A stretch of 63,850 bases of DNA, filler included, from Octopus bimaculoides (GCF_001194135.2; 7 parts of 5 records of this genome joined end to end with filler, not necessarily neighbours in it), one strand, 5' to 3'. Positions 50,301 to 63,545 are shown, counted from the whole stretch's first letter. Numbers and translations are program-made. Notes: generated by a model from the sequence alone, not told the origin.

Positions 50301-51629
50301 AGGCAAATGCTGTATATGTTTTCAAATAGAAAGATAGAGAGGGGAAGTGTCAAAATGGTGTGTTTGAAGAGTGAGTTAGTAGACAGTGTGGGCTTCTGTT
50401 AGGGAGAGGTACCATACAAACAAAGAAGAGAGAAGACAGCATACATAAAAGACATTGTAGGGGAGGGAGAAGAGAAAAAAATAGAGATTAACTGAGTGTT
50501 TGGCAATGAAAGAAAATTGTATGAAAGGTAGATGGAAGAGAGAGAGAGAGAGAGGTGGGGGCAGGTAGAAACCATTGTAGCATCTGTTGTTGAAGAAGAA
50601 CAGTGAGTGAGTAAAATAGATAAAAGGTATGCATACTTTCATCATTGTTTCTTGCAAGAAAGTACAAAAAAGTTGGCATTTGTTGCAGATGCATGTACAC
50701 ACACACACACACACAAATATACATATTTATACATATGTGTATGTGCATTCTTTTATACTTGGCTGAAAGTCATTTTCAGCTGACTTCACTAGAGCAACAT
50801 GAGATTATGTGTCTTGCTCAAGGATGCAATATGCCACCCTGTTCAGGAATTGAACCCATGACCCAGATTTGCATTAATCCCTTTGTTGACTATTGTTTCA
50901 TGTTTTTTAAATTAGCTTTTTAATTCTTTTATCTTTATCTTTCATTTGCTTCACTCATTGGACTGCAGCCATGCAAGGGCACCACCGTGAAGGTGGTTTA
51001 GCTGATAAATTAGAGTCAACAGGTGAAATGCTGAGATTCTCAATATAGAAAACACTCAGTAGAGAGATTTTAATCTCTTCTCTCCACCCTAAAGACAGAG
51101 GCTGGATCTCTCCAAAATTTATTTGCTTCCATTAATGGTTACATATTCTGGTGAACTACATCTGCAAACATTATGAAGTAACTCTGAGCCCCCAGAAACA
51201 ACTGTTAGACTTGTAACACCATACATTCTCCCCTTTAATTATCTGTGTCTTTTCTACCCTGTGTAAGTTTGCTCTGTTAATATACAAAAATCTATATATT
51301 TATATTTGAATATTCATCATCTGAACATTTTCAGTCTTTGCTTTCTCTCTGTTTATATAATATACATGGATGTATATTTTGAATACATCAAGCCCAAGGA
51401 GTTTTATTTGTTTCTTTGCATCATTGTCTCCATATTTTAAGTATAACATTTATTCTATCAGTTACTTTTGCTGAACTGCTAAGTTACAGTGACATAAATA
51501 AGCCAACACTCGTTATCATGTAGTGTTGGGGGCAAACATGCATCCTTTGACCTCTTCAATGATTCTTTATCGCACATGTTTCCTTTTGTTCTGCTTAGTC
51601 TATTTTGTCTTTCTGTGTGTGTGTGTATA

Positions 51630-51663
<34 letters not shown>

Positions 51664-51779
51664 CACATGCGTATGCATGTGAGTGCATGTGTGTGCACTT
51701 GAAACACATGCACACACACATGCATACACACGTGCACACACACACACTAATGAAAACACATGTGCAGATAAGGATACAT

Positions 51780-51945
51780 ACCACAGAAAGACAAAATGGA
51801 CCAAGCAGAACAAGAGGATACATGTAAGATATTGAATTGCTGAAGAGGTCACAGGATGTGTGATAAATGTGATTAACTGACAAAACATGACCCTCCCCAA
51901 GTATAACAATATTTGTTTCAACACATGATTTCGCATCGAGTATCT
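51780..51945 (+). mobile_element. Deleted copy of the PLE pLTR family at 56600-56900
   Basis: CTGAAGAGGTCACAGGATGTGTGA (51840) and AACTGACAA.ACATGACCCTCCCCAAGTATAACAA..TGTTTCAACAC match 56691-56715 and 56815-56865. Confidence 0.6.
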
Positions 51946-52149
51946 AGAAAAACAAATCCTTAAACATTATTTCAAATTTAATTTTTAAATCAGAAAAATA
52001 ACTTAAATCATTATGGACTTTCTCTTGAAATTTTGTTTCCAAGTGCTTAATCATATTCATGTTTCAGACCTTCATTTATAAACAAAATTTTTTCACAAAT
52101 TAAGTAATTAGGTAATTGTTAATTATTTTAATAGTGTGTGGTGACTCCT

Positions 52150-52560
52150 AGTGGTTATAATGACAAGCAAAACGGAAAAGAGATGTAACGAGAGTAATCT
52201 CCCTCGAACTTCTTGAATGTTTGAGATCTCTCTGAAAGCTTCCAGTTTTATGTGGAAGTCAGGGACTTCTAGTCCATCCCTATATAAAGGAAAGAAATTC
52301 TAAATTCGCACCATTCAGTACCTGTTGGTTCTTCAACACGTATTGGATTGAGCTACCGCACTTCATGCCCACTCATGCACTTGTTCGCCTTTCTTACTTG
52401 GAGACATGTGACTGCAAACAGAACATATTCATGTAATGTTATAAGCTTCCTTCTTTTAACCTTGTATATGAATGCATTACCTCCAGCAATAAAAGTTACA
52501 GCTTATTACAAGCGTCTTGTGAATTCTATCTTCTTGTTGTCATGAGCAGATACCATGAGT
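52150..52560 (-). mobile_element. Possible L1/Tx1-type LINE fragment
   Basis: Reverse frame PLYRDGLEVPDFHIKLEAFR resembles the GGLGVPD motif. Weak evidence. Confidence 0.3.
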
Positions 52561-53133
52561 TCCTTCTTTCTCATATTGACTAAATTATAGTGTGTCATTA
52601 GGCCAATGTTACCACCAAAAATGGATAACCCACCATCACTACAAGCGCATGGAAATGGCACCATATTTCACAACAAAGTAAAAAAATCAATTGAATATCA
52701 TTAATTATTTCGTGATTATTCATTTACACATTTCAGAAAATGATAAAAATTATTGTGCTGAAAATAATCAACCATATTTCTCCTCTACAGAAGTTTCTAT
52801 CTCTCTGTCTCTCTGTCATACTTTAACCTCTCATCATCTAGTACAATTCTATCTCCCTCAATTCTACTCCCAACTCTTAGTTGAGGGAATATATATTAGC
52901 AACAGAAGCAGTATGAATACTGAAAGGTAATACTTATCCTCACTAAAACATGGATGTTCTATTAGAACAGACTATACTGCCGTAGTTACCATGAGAGGAA
53001 CTCTCATATAGGCTCTGGTTGCAAAATGCACTCTTGTTTATATTACAAGTATCACCATTATATGTATTTATACTCTGGGGAAATTAAGAAATCAACTCAT
53101 AAACAAATGAAACCCTCAAATCTGTCATTGTAC

Positions 53134-53222
<89 letters not shown>

Positions 53223-53289
53223 CACATATCTATGTATGTATTTATGTATATTTGAAGATAATCAAACCAAATTTTCATCATTTCAAGCC

Positions 53290-53410
53290 ACTCATCTAAT
53301 GAGTATTTCTGCCAAAATTTGGTGAAAATCCGTTCATCTATTGTCCAGTAATTTTGCAAACATACAGACAAACAGACAAAGACAAGTGATTACAATACCC
53401 TGCTTTCTTT
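53290..53410 (+). mobile_element. Possible Helentron-associated (DINE-1/HINE-like) fragment
   Basis: CCAAAATTTGGTGAAAATCCGTTCAT...ACAGACAAACAGACAAA pattern. Confidence 0.3.
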
Positions 53411-53421
53411 TATGCACACAG

Positions 53422-53474
<53 letters not shown>

Positions 53475-53689
53475 TAATAATAATAATAGTAATAGCAATA
53501 GTTTCCAACATTTATACAGAGTTAGAAATTGGGTATAATGTGTACAGAAATTTATATTGATCTCAGTACTTGACTAGCACATATTTTATTGATCTCAAGA
53601 GAATGAAAGGCAAAAGCATTTGAAGCAATCCATTACATTCCACCTCCTCCTCCTCCCCCTCCCTCCTAATAATAATTCCTTTTAACTTT

Positions 53690-53890
53690 GGTGCAAGGCT
53701 AACAAGTCCTAGGAGAGGTGAGAAGTCAATCAGATCATCTACAGTACTTGACTGGGGCCTTATTTTATCAACTCCGAAAAGAATTAAAAGCAAAGTTGAC
53801 TTCAGCAGGATTTGAAGTCAGAACATAAAAAGTTGGAACAAATACTACGGAGCAATTTTCTACTGTTCTAATGATTTTGTCTGCTTGTCC
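53690..53890 (-). mobile_element. SINE family B, decayed
   Basis: AGAATTAAAAGCAAAGTTGACTTCAGCAGGATTTGAAGTCAG with CpGs converted. Confidence 0.6.
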
Positions 53891-54162
53891 CCTTTAATAA
53901 TAATAATAATAATGATAATAATAATAATGGCTTCTTATCTTAACTGATTGGAAGTGTTATCATGTACATTGCTTTGTCTTAGTATAAAGGATGGGTTACA
54001 GCAAATATTCTGCTCAATACCACAGATTTACTTGTCAGTTGTTTGACATTAACCAGTTGAGCATGTTCTTTAGTGGCTGATGATATGTGCATCTCTGATC
54101 ACGAGCAGAAGAAGTTGAGGCCTTGTGCTTCCAGTAGAAAGGATTATTATTATTTAGACACA

Positions 54163-54560
54163 GGGTGGCTGTGTGGTAAGTAGCTTGCTTATCAGCCACA
54201 TGCTTCTTGGTTCAGTCCCACTGCGTGACACCTTGGGCAAGTGTCTTCTACTATAGCCTCAGGCCAACCAAAGTCTCATGGGTGGATTTGGTAGATGGAA
54301 ACTGAAAGAAGCCTGCTGTATATGTGTGTGTGTGTGTGTGTATGTATGTGTGTCTGTGTTTGTCCCCCTAACATTGCTTGACAACCGATGCTGTTGTGTT
54401 TACATACCCATAACTTAGCTGTTCGGCAAAAAAGACTGATAGAATAAGTACTAGGCTTACAAAGAATAAGTTCCGGGGTCAACTTNNNNNNNNNNGCTTA
54501 CAAAGAATAAGTTCCGGGGTCAACATGCTTGACTAAAGTTGGTGCTCCAGCATGGCCACA
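54163..54560 (+). mobile_element. SINE family A, CpG-decayed
   Basis: Colinear with 14644-15078 but CTCGGG>CTCAGG, GCCGACC>GCCAACC and GCCCGTCG>GCCTGCTG. Confidence 0.85.
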
Positions 54561-54956
54561 GCAAAAGAATAAAAGAATCATTATTACTATTATTATTATT
54601 ATTATTATTATTCATAAACATTAGCTGGACAAGATACCTAGTAGCTTTCGTCTGTCTCTACAAGATTGACTCAGCCATTCAGTAATGGAGGGGAAGGTGT
54701 CAACGAAATAAGTACCAGTTGAGTACTGGGGTTGATGTAATCAACAAACACCCTTCTTTAAAATTTCAAGCTTTGTATCTATAGTAGAAAGGATTATTAC
54801 TATTATAATTATGTCCTGAGTTCAAATTCTGCCAAGGTCAACTTTGTCTTTCATACATTTCGGGACAATAACATAAGTAACAGATGAGTGCTGGAGGTCG
54901 ATGTAATTGACTAACCTCCTCCCACCAAATTTCAGGCTTTGTGCCTATAATAGAAT

Positions 54957-54990
<34 letters not shown>

Positions 54991-55478
54991 TACTATTATT
55001 ATTATTATTATCAAGCATGCAATTAAAAATAAGACTACTGAATAACAGCAATATCTAGAAACACCAGCTGTTCCTGTAAAAGTGTGTCAGATTCTGTAGT
55101 AGTTTATAGAAACTCTTTGGCAATAGGATACCTGATACATAACTGGCTGCTGGCTAAAATGGTAAGATTACACACACACAGAAGCACATAAAGACATATC
55201 TATCAACATACGTAAATGTCTGTATAGGTATGCATATGAATACATACATTCATTCACATATACATATGTATAAGTGAATGTACATACATACATATATATG
55301 CATATATACATATTTATGAACCTTCACACTCACATATGTATGCGTATTTTTATAGAAATATGCATAATCATACTTTTTTATTCAATTGGCAAAAGTTACA
55401 AAGTGACTCAAAGGCCAAGAGTTTCGTGCATTTGGCACTTATCAAACCTTGTAACTACTGCAAATTAGATAAAAGTGT

Positions 55479-55515
<37 letters not shown>

Positions 55516-56149
55516 AGTAAAAATAAATACAAAAANNNNNNNNNNNNNNNNNNNNNNNNNNNNNNNNNNNNNNNNNNNNNNNNNNNNNNNNNNNNNNNNN
55601 NNNNNNNNNNNNNNNNNNNNNNNNNNNNNNNNNNNNNNNNNNNNNNNNNNNNNNNNNNNNNNNNNNNNNNNNNNNNNNNNNNNNNNNNNNNNNNNNNNNN
55701 NNNNNNNNNNNNNNNNNNNNNNNNNNNNNNNNNNNNNNNNNNNNNNNNNNNNNNNNNNNNNNNNNNNNNNNNNNNNNNNNNNNNNNNNNNNNNNNNNNNN
55801 NNNNNNNNNNNNNNNNNNNNNNNNNNNNNNNNNNNNNNNNNNNNNNNNNNNNNNNNNNNNNNNNNNNNNNNNNNNNNNNNNNNNNNNNNNNNNNNNNNNN
55901 NNNNNNNNNNNNNNNNNNNNNNNNNNNNNNNNNNNNNNNNNNNNNNNNNNNNNNNNNNNNNNNNNNNNNNNNNNNNNNNNNNNNNNNNNNNNNNNNNNNN
56001 NNNNNNNNNNNNNNNNNNNNNNNNNNNNNNNNNNNNNNNNNNNNNNNNNNNNNNNNNNNNNNNNNNNNNNNNNNNNNNNNNNNNNNNNNNNNNNNNNNNN
56101 TATATATATATATATATCATCATTGTTTAACATTGGGTTATATATAAGT

Positions 56150-56350
56150 ATAAGGAAGTGCTGAAAAGTTCCTGGCTTTAAGGGTATCACAAAAGGCCTG
56201 GTTGGAGGCCCAGCCTTCTGAGTTCCTTTACAGGATTTAGAAAAACTGAAGGACTGCTGCAATAAGTATGTGAATCTGAGAGGGGAATATGTTAAATAAA
56301 ATCATAGTTAACTGATCCTCCTGTATTTTTTTTTCAGCACTCTCACTGTA
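56150..56350 (+). mobile_element. Mariner-derived MITE
   Basis: TIR-like GAAGTGCTGAAAA / TTTTCAGCACTTC. The interior retains a remnant of the transposase C-terminal coding end (CNKYVNL.GEYV). Confidence 0.65.
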
Positions 56351-56599
56351 TATGCGTGTGTATGTGTGTGCATACTAACCATGACCTATACATATAGAAA
56401 CTATCAGCTTATCGAATTTTATGATAACTTCGATGTGGGGAAAAAGAATATAACTTCCGATGCCAATAAATTGTTATTGTTCCTTATTGTTCACTGTCCA
56501 CTTTTTATTCTCTGCACTTACCACAGACTGCTTGAAACTTACAAACTTCCTACACTTGGATCCTTGGATCTCACCCTTGTATATTGGTATATATATATA

Positions 56600-56900
56600 T
56601 ATATACATGTATGCCAACGTCCCATGCCAACGTCGTCTCCTATAGTTAGCAAGGTGGGACACACATAAGAAAGAAGAAAGCAAAGGACCACTGATGAGGT
56701 CACAGAAGTGTGACAAAAGAACTCTGGCCGAAATAGGATTAATGTAATATAATGTAATATAAAGCTGAAGCAAATTAACACCAAATATACAGTGCGTGTG
56801 TTTTTATTGGCTAAACTGACAATATGACCATCCCCAAGTACAACAACATCTGTTTCAACACACAATTTCACATAAAAAATCTTGCAAAACAAATATATAC
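56600..56900 (+). mobile_element. Solo PLE-type pseudo-LTR with a hammerhead core
   Basis: CTGATGA(56691-97)-GGTCA...TGGCC-GAAA(56730-33). 56811-56898 is the reverse complement of 62380-62467, which abuts a PLE ORF. Confidence 0.6.
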
Positions 56901-57049
56901 CTTCATTTGACTAAGGTATCTCTGGCCTGATGACAGCTAGCAGAGTACCCCTCACTGAGTAATTACTACTTCCAAGGTTCTGCTAACTAGGAAACATATG
57001 TAGCTTGGATTTTACTTGCTCCATTACCTAAATTTGGATTACACACACA

Positions 57050-57175
57050 TTTTTGCCAGCTGAGTGGACTGGAGCAACGTGAAATAAAATGTCTGGTTCA
57101 AGGACACAACGCATCGCCGGGATTTGAAGTCAAGATCTTGAGCCGAATGCCCTAACCACTAAGCCATATGCCTTC
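57050..57175 (-). mobile_element. SINE family M 5' part
   Basis: TTTGCCAGCTGAGTGGACTGGAGCAACGTGAAAT...CCTAACCACTAAGCCA. Confidence 0.75.
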
Positions 57176-57969
57176 CACACACACACACACATATACACAC
57201 ACGCACATAAATTTTAAGGGAGAAAACTCTGAGAGAAAAGTGACAGTAACCTCCCCTAATAAAATTAAACACTAAATTCCATTACAAAACGATGTTGCTC
57301 TTCTTGCTCTGTAACTTCTTAACACTTCAATGACGAAGTGGTCAGAATTTACATAGACTCTGCTAGATACCTTTTGTTACTTAGTGTTGGGTGGGGTTGT
57401 TGTGATGATACAGCCACTAGCGAAAAGCTGGATATGAAACACTTAAGGTGCTATTGTCTCAGTTGGTAACAACAGATATCACCGTGTGTGTCGAGGTCAA
57501 TCGATTAGAAGCATGCATTACATGGATAATGTGAGACATAGTTGCACTGGATTTGGATATCTGGTGGCTGCTTACTAACCACATTGTTTCAGGATCCGTC
57601 CCATAGTTTGAGCAAGTGTCTTCTACTATAGCCCTGGACCAATCAAAGCCTGATGAGTGCATGTGGTACACAGAAACTAAAAGCAACTCGTATACACACA
57701 CACACACATCATTATCCCTGTCGTCGTCATTTTAACGTTCACTTACAAAGATCAGACTAAATTTTCTACTGCTGTTTGCCATCCTTCACCTGTTTCCATG
57801 CAAGATAATATTTCCCATGGCCAGATATATTTTTTACAGATGACTGGAAATGAACAACATCACTAAAATGGCAGTAATGTTTGTTAACAACCATCACATG
57901 GAGACAAGACAAGGGTAAACACACACATTCATAAATTCATATATACATACTGAGCTTGTTTCAGTTTCT

Positions 57970-58202
57970 TATTTCTTTACTGCCCACAAGGGGCTACACA
58001 TAGAGGGGACAAACAAGGACAGACAAAAGGATTAAGTCGATTATATCGACCTCAGTGCATAACTGGTACTTATTTAATTGACCCCGAAAGGATGAAAGGC
58101 AAAGTCGACCTTGGCGGAATTTGAACTCAGAACGTAGCAGTAGACAAAATACCGCTAAGCAATTTGTCCAGTGTGCTAATGTTTCTGCCAGCTCGCTACC
58201 TT
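57970..58202 (-). mobile_element. SINE family B, full length, nested in a family A SINE
   Basis: Homologous to 4719-4947. TSD TTCAGTTTCT at 57960-57969 and 58203-58212; family A sequence resumes at 58213. Confidence 0.85.
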
Positions 58203-60708
58203 TTCAGTTTCTGCTTACTAAATCCATTCACTTATGGCTATAGTAGAAGACACTTCCCCAAAATGCAGCAAAGTGGGATTGAACTTGAACATGACTGTGA
58301 AGCAAATCTGTGTGCTTGTGTGTGTATGTGCTTGTGTTTTCTTGTCTTGACATCACAAAATACTAACGTGCTAGAGTCACCATGATGCAAATGGTGTAAG
58401 TCGTTTCCATACTCCAGTGAAGACATGTCCAGCCAAGGGGATGCATTACCTTACTTGGAAACAGGTGAGGGTTAGTGACAGGAAGGACATCTAGTTGCTG
58501 AAAATCTGCCTTAATGAATTTCATCTGACCCATGCAAGCATGCAAAAATATATGTTAAAATGATGATGAAGATTTGTTGGTTATATAGTATATAGTACTG
58601 AAATACATGAAATATAAACTGAGAGGTTAACCAATGTATAAAGTATATGTAAGATTATGTAGTAATGACATATGGATAACAAATATTGAAGAGCTTTGGA
58701 TATGCAATGTTAACTTCCAAGAAATACTAGTTCAGCTTATTTAAAACCATATATGGGCAAAGTATGTTCACACAGGTTATATCTACAGTTTGATCCCCTA
58801 TCTAGTCCAGATCTAGTTGAAGCTCAACCCTCCATTCACCACTTCATCTATCTTGAATATCTTGTTTCTCCAGGTATTGCCATGCTAAACATTCAATGCC
58901 CAGCAACTGACTTAGTAAAAACCCCACAAGATTATTTATCATCCTTACAACTATAACATAGGCAACCTTTGTCAATTGAATACCTCTGCCATCTGAGGAC
59001 ATATTCATAAAATCAAAAAATAGTGCAGCATTTTGTTCCACTCAGAATTGCTGAAGCATAGAATAAATTACCCATATCAGTTGTTAGCTGTCAGGACACT
59101 GTATCCTTCAAAAATTCTATGCTTACCAAAATTCACCTACACTACTGACATACCTATGCACCCTTTCCTCTTTAAGGCTCTTTTATTGTACACTTTTCTG
59201 TCTTGTGTTTTATTCTGTGTACAATGCATGTGCTTCTAGCTATCACTGTTGTCTTTCTTTATGTGACTTATTGCTACTTTGTTCTCTTTTTGACCCTTTG
59301 TTGATGAGTTGAAGTGTATCTGAGCACTGTCTATTTCATTCACTTCCACTATGAGAGGACTAAACTGGCAGAATTATGCTGAAAGAATGGGTGAACAGTA
59401 AAGTGTGATCCCATTGAGGTGGGATGCAGAGGGTTCACAGGTCAGTCCTTCTGCTAAGCTTGTAACATAATGGGCATTGCTGGAGCCAGTAGGTAGAAAG
59501 CTTTCAAGTCAGCTATGGAGGCAACAGAGTTTGTTTCAAGGTCATTGTAGATAAGGAAATGTGAGCCCTGGAAAGGGCATTGCTTCATGGGATTGGGCTA
59601 ATTGGGCACATGCTAGGATTTGGCTAAGTTAGGTTGAGTCATATGGGTGAAGGTGCTTGATTGTTGAATGACCTGAAACACCTAATGACTACAGGAAACA
59701 TCACCTATGATGTGTCTATATGCATCATAGGATGATGCATAGAAAAACACAGCTAATGTATGAAGAAAAGACATCTTTGGTTGTATAGATATGTAATACA
59801 AATAGTTGATGATTAAGTGTTGTGTTGTTGTTGGTGGATGACTGGAAAAAGTAGACCAAAATAGACAGGAAAATGTGGTGAAGTCAGAACTGAGGATGCT
59901 GAGCTTCTATGATAATATGATGAAAGATTGATACTAAGCTATACATGAGACCTACTCAATCCATGCCAGCATGGAAAATCAGACATTGAAATGACAATGA
60001 CCATGTTGAAATGATGATGAAAATGATTGTTCACACTTGACCCTGAAGGTCATGCTATGGATGTGATGTACAGTGTCACAACTCTAGATGACTAATGTAA
60101 GTAGTTATAATTATTTCAAAATATTAGCAGAAATAATAGTGCCTGAGATTACTGCTGTTTAATCCCAGGGGAATCCAGATCAAGCATTCCCACTTGATCT
60201 TCACCATTTTTGAAGACAGTAGGACATTGTATGAAGGAAGTTTAAAATGGTGAGCTGGAAGAATCATTAGAATGCTGGAAATAAGCTTAGCAGCATTTTT
60301 TCCAGCTTTATGTTCTAAGTTCAAATTCAACCTAGATCAACTTTGCCTTTTATCATTTTAAGGTTAATAAAATAAATACTAACTGAACACTGGGGGTCAA
60401 TGTAATTTACTAGCCCCCTCCTACCAAATTTCAGTCATTGTACCGAGGTTGAGGTTTTCTCATTGGCTCTCCCATCTGCTGGGTGGTGGGTCAATAAAAT
60501 AAGCATGTGTAGTTTAATGAGTATCTTTTCATACTAATCCTATTTGAAAAATTTGTGACCTTGTGTCAATAACAGATATCCTTAATTTTTTAACAAACTG
60601 TAGCAGTGGAGAGATAAACCTTTAATAAGTTGATACCACAGATTATCTCAGGCTGAAGTAGCATTATACAGCAGCTAGTGTACTTTGGGAGAGGCATGAA
60701 TATGACTA

Positions 60709-61025
60709 TTATCATCATCATCGTTTAACGTCCGCTTTCCATGCTAGCATGGGTTGGACGATTTGACTGAGGACTGGTGAAACCGGATGGCAACACCAGG
60801 CTCCAGTCTGATTTGGCAGAGTTTCTACAGCTGGATGCCCTTCCTAACGCCAACCACTCAGAGAGTGTAGTGGGTGCTTTTACGTGTCACCCGCACGAAA
60901 ACGGCCACGCTCGAAATGGTGTCTTTTATGTGCCACCCGCACAAGCCAGTCCAGGGGCACTGGCAACGATCTCGCTCGAAAATCCTACAGGAGCCAGTCA
61001 GGCGGTACTGGCAACGGCCACGCTC
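60709..61025 (-). mobile_element. (GAT)n-tailed SINE or RTE-end family
   Basis: Reverse complement of 23115-23362, with an internal duplicated segment. Confidence 0.8.
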
Positions 61026-61699
61026 NNNNNNNNNNNNNNNNNNNNNNNNNNNNNNNNNNNNNNNNNNNNTTAATTAATTAANNNNNNNNNNNNNNNNNNN
61101 NNNNNNNNNNNNNNNNNNNNNNNNNTATATATACGAACATACCTATATACATATACATAAATACATACATACATATGTATGTATGTACATATATATATAT
61201 ACATAAATACATACATACATATGTATGTATGTACATGCATATATATGTATGTATACATATATATATGTGTATATATATGTACATATATACGTATGTATAT
61301 GTATATATACACACATATACACATATATGCAAATGTATTTACATGCATGCATGTCAGTTCCATAGAGGAAATACGCTCTACTGATTTCGAAACGTGCAAT
61401 GATGGTGACATTTACTAGAAGCATCCAGATAGATGATGATATCCAGAGGCCCTACCTCAGGAGAAATGACAAGATAAACCACCGAAGGCTTTTGAGTGCT
61501 GTATTACTTAAAGAACAACTGCTAAAGTCAACGATGAAAGATAAAGAAAGGAGAGTAAAAGAAAGGAAGAAAGAGTGCGTGAGTGAGAGGGGGGGGGAGA
61601 AATACATTACTCAAGTACTATATTACTGAGGAGAGGAACAGCTCTCAAATTAGTCGTGAATTTTTGCATCGTGTGTGCATATATTACGGAGAAATAGTT

Positions 61700-62100
61700 A
61701 AATTCGCCATATCCATGCGTCTCCTACATAGGTTTAGAGACATTATAGTATATCTTGATAATGTGTATGTTGAGATCTCCGTTGATAGGCCACTGATATT
61801 AAATGGTGTTTGACACTTACGGTGTTCAAATTCGTAGCCCCCTCCCTAATTATTCTCTGGGGTAATACCTTTCCATTTTATCTGCTGGTGCCATGAGAAA
61901 TGTTTCTATATTGTGAGAGGCAAGATTCTCCGTTAATTTGCTTTACTGTAAAGTTGGTACAGTCCCTCCATAATACAATTTCTATGTAGAATGTACTATG
62001 ATAGAGGGCTCCTCCTACACGTACATATTTATCAAATGGTAGTATTTATATCCAACGTTATCTTGATTCAAATCAATAGTCATAGTTACTTGATAAAGTA
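61700..62100 (-). mobile_element. Possible R4/Dong-like LINE RT C-terminal fragment
   Basis: Reverse frame APADKMERYYPRE*LGRGL resembles the DRLYxPRxxGGRGL motif. Heavily decayed. Confidence 0.35.
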
Positions 62101-62339
62101 AAGCTTGCATTTCAGGTGACATAAATATTTACTTTTACCAAATGAATGCGTCACTGTTAAGCTTAAGGTTTTGGTGATTCTAAGTTGAAACAGAGTCACT
62201 CCGCATATGCCAGTAATGTACCTTGAAAGATCTTAGTCCTATGGACGACTCGTCAGACTTTAATAGAAGGCCATATAGTTCTTCTAACTATACGTGTGTG
62301 TGTGTGTGTGAGTATGAATACATTCATAAGTATATAGAT

Positions 62340-62728
62340 GTTCACATTCACATATTATATTCACATATTGGCATACATGTACATTTGTTTTGCAAGATTT
62401 TTGATGTGAAATCGTGTGTTGAAACAGATGTTGTTGTATTTGGGGATGGTCATATTGCCAGTTTAGCCTCCCACATCTTCCCTAATCGACCCCTCCCCTC
62501 CTTCAAACGAGCCCACAACCTCTTGGTCCACAGCTTCTTCCCCAACCCAACCTCCCAACCTGGCTCGTTCCCTTGCTCCCGCCCACGCTGCCGCACTTGC
62601 CCTTACCTCTCCAACACCACCCTCCTCACCAGCACCCATCACCGACCCTATCGTATCACCGACTCCTTCACCTGCACTTCTACCAACATCATCTATTGCA
62701 TCTCCTGCTCTCTCTGCCATTCTCTATA
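62340..62728 (+). mobile_element. PLE fragment: inverted pLTR piece joined to the Zn-knuckle and GIY-YIG start
   Basis: From 62468: IFPNRPLPSFKRAHNL...PCSRPRCRTCPYL...RITDSFTCTSTNIIYCISCSLC (ORF 62223-62780), running into a gap. Confidence 0.8.
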
Positions 62729-62827
62729 NNNNNNNNNNNNNNNNNNNNNNNNNNNNNNNNNNNNNNNNNNNNTTAATTAATTAANNNNNNNNNNNNNNNN
62801 NNNNNNNNNNNNNNNNNNNNNNNNNNN

Positions 62828-63065
62828 NGGAGGAAATGGAACAAGGAGTAAGGGACAGAAGCAGTGAAGTAGAGGCCAGGACAGAAGGGTAGATAGGAAG
62901 ATAGAGGAAGACAGATAGATGAATAGATAGAGAGGATGGTGGAGGGAGGAAGTGGAACAAGGAGGAAGGGACAGAAGGGTATAGCAGTGAAGTAGAGGCC
63001 AGGACAGAGGTATAGATAGAAAGATGGAGGAAGACAGATAGATAAATAGATAGAAAGATAGATAG
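62828..63065. repeat. Two tandem ~118-bp purine-rich units
   Basis: GGAACAAGGAG.AAGGGACAGAAG...GCAGTGAAGTAGAGGCCAGGACAGA...GAGGAAGACAGATAGAT appears twice. Confidence 0.8.
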
Positions 63066-63329
63066 ATAGATAGACAGATAGATAGATAGATAGATAGAAA
63101 GATAGTCACGTCAGAATAATAGTAGACTTACTTATATATATATATATATATATGGGAAAGTGTGGGTGGATCTATATGTTATTTAGTTCCTTAGATTGTT
63201 TTAGCCATTACCACAAAGTCCATGCATTAACACCGCCTTCAGCGGGGGAGGAGGAGTGTTCTTTGTATTTCGCATTGTCTCTCTTTATATCCAGGGGGCC
63301 AAGGTTTTGGTGGATGATTTCCCATATAC

Positions 63330-63545
63330 ATCGCATCACTTGTAGCGGGATCAATGAAATGCAGGAATCTACACTGCTTTGATTTAGCTTTTTGTAGACG
63401 GCTGATCTAGGATGATAGGGGTAAATGTCTCAGGGGAAAATTTGGCCACATTTCTTAAAGCTTTGGGGAGGTAGTTGTACAAATGCAAGTTTTTAAATGT
63501 CAAAGTACTGCTGTATGTGTTCCTGATGTGAGTGTCTAAGGAAGG
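63330..63545 (-). mobile_element. Possible CR1/L2 LINE 3' end fragment
   Basis: Reverse frame LYNYLPKALRNVAKFSPETF...LDQP resembles the CR1 C-terminal tail. Confidence 0.4.

Noticed and set aside
54455-54524. About 30-bp duplication inside a SINE
   Set aside because: 10-N overlap artefact; the single-base difference is compatible with allelic contigs.
55059-55161. Possible plus-strand exon (AG...ATG|GTAAGA, one open frame NTSCSCKSV...WLLAKM)
   Set aside because: There is no polypyrimidine tract and no recognisable homology; such a short open frame is expected by chance. Worth rechecking only with RNA-seq.
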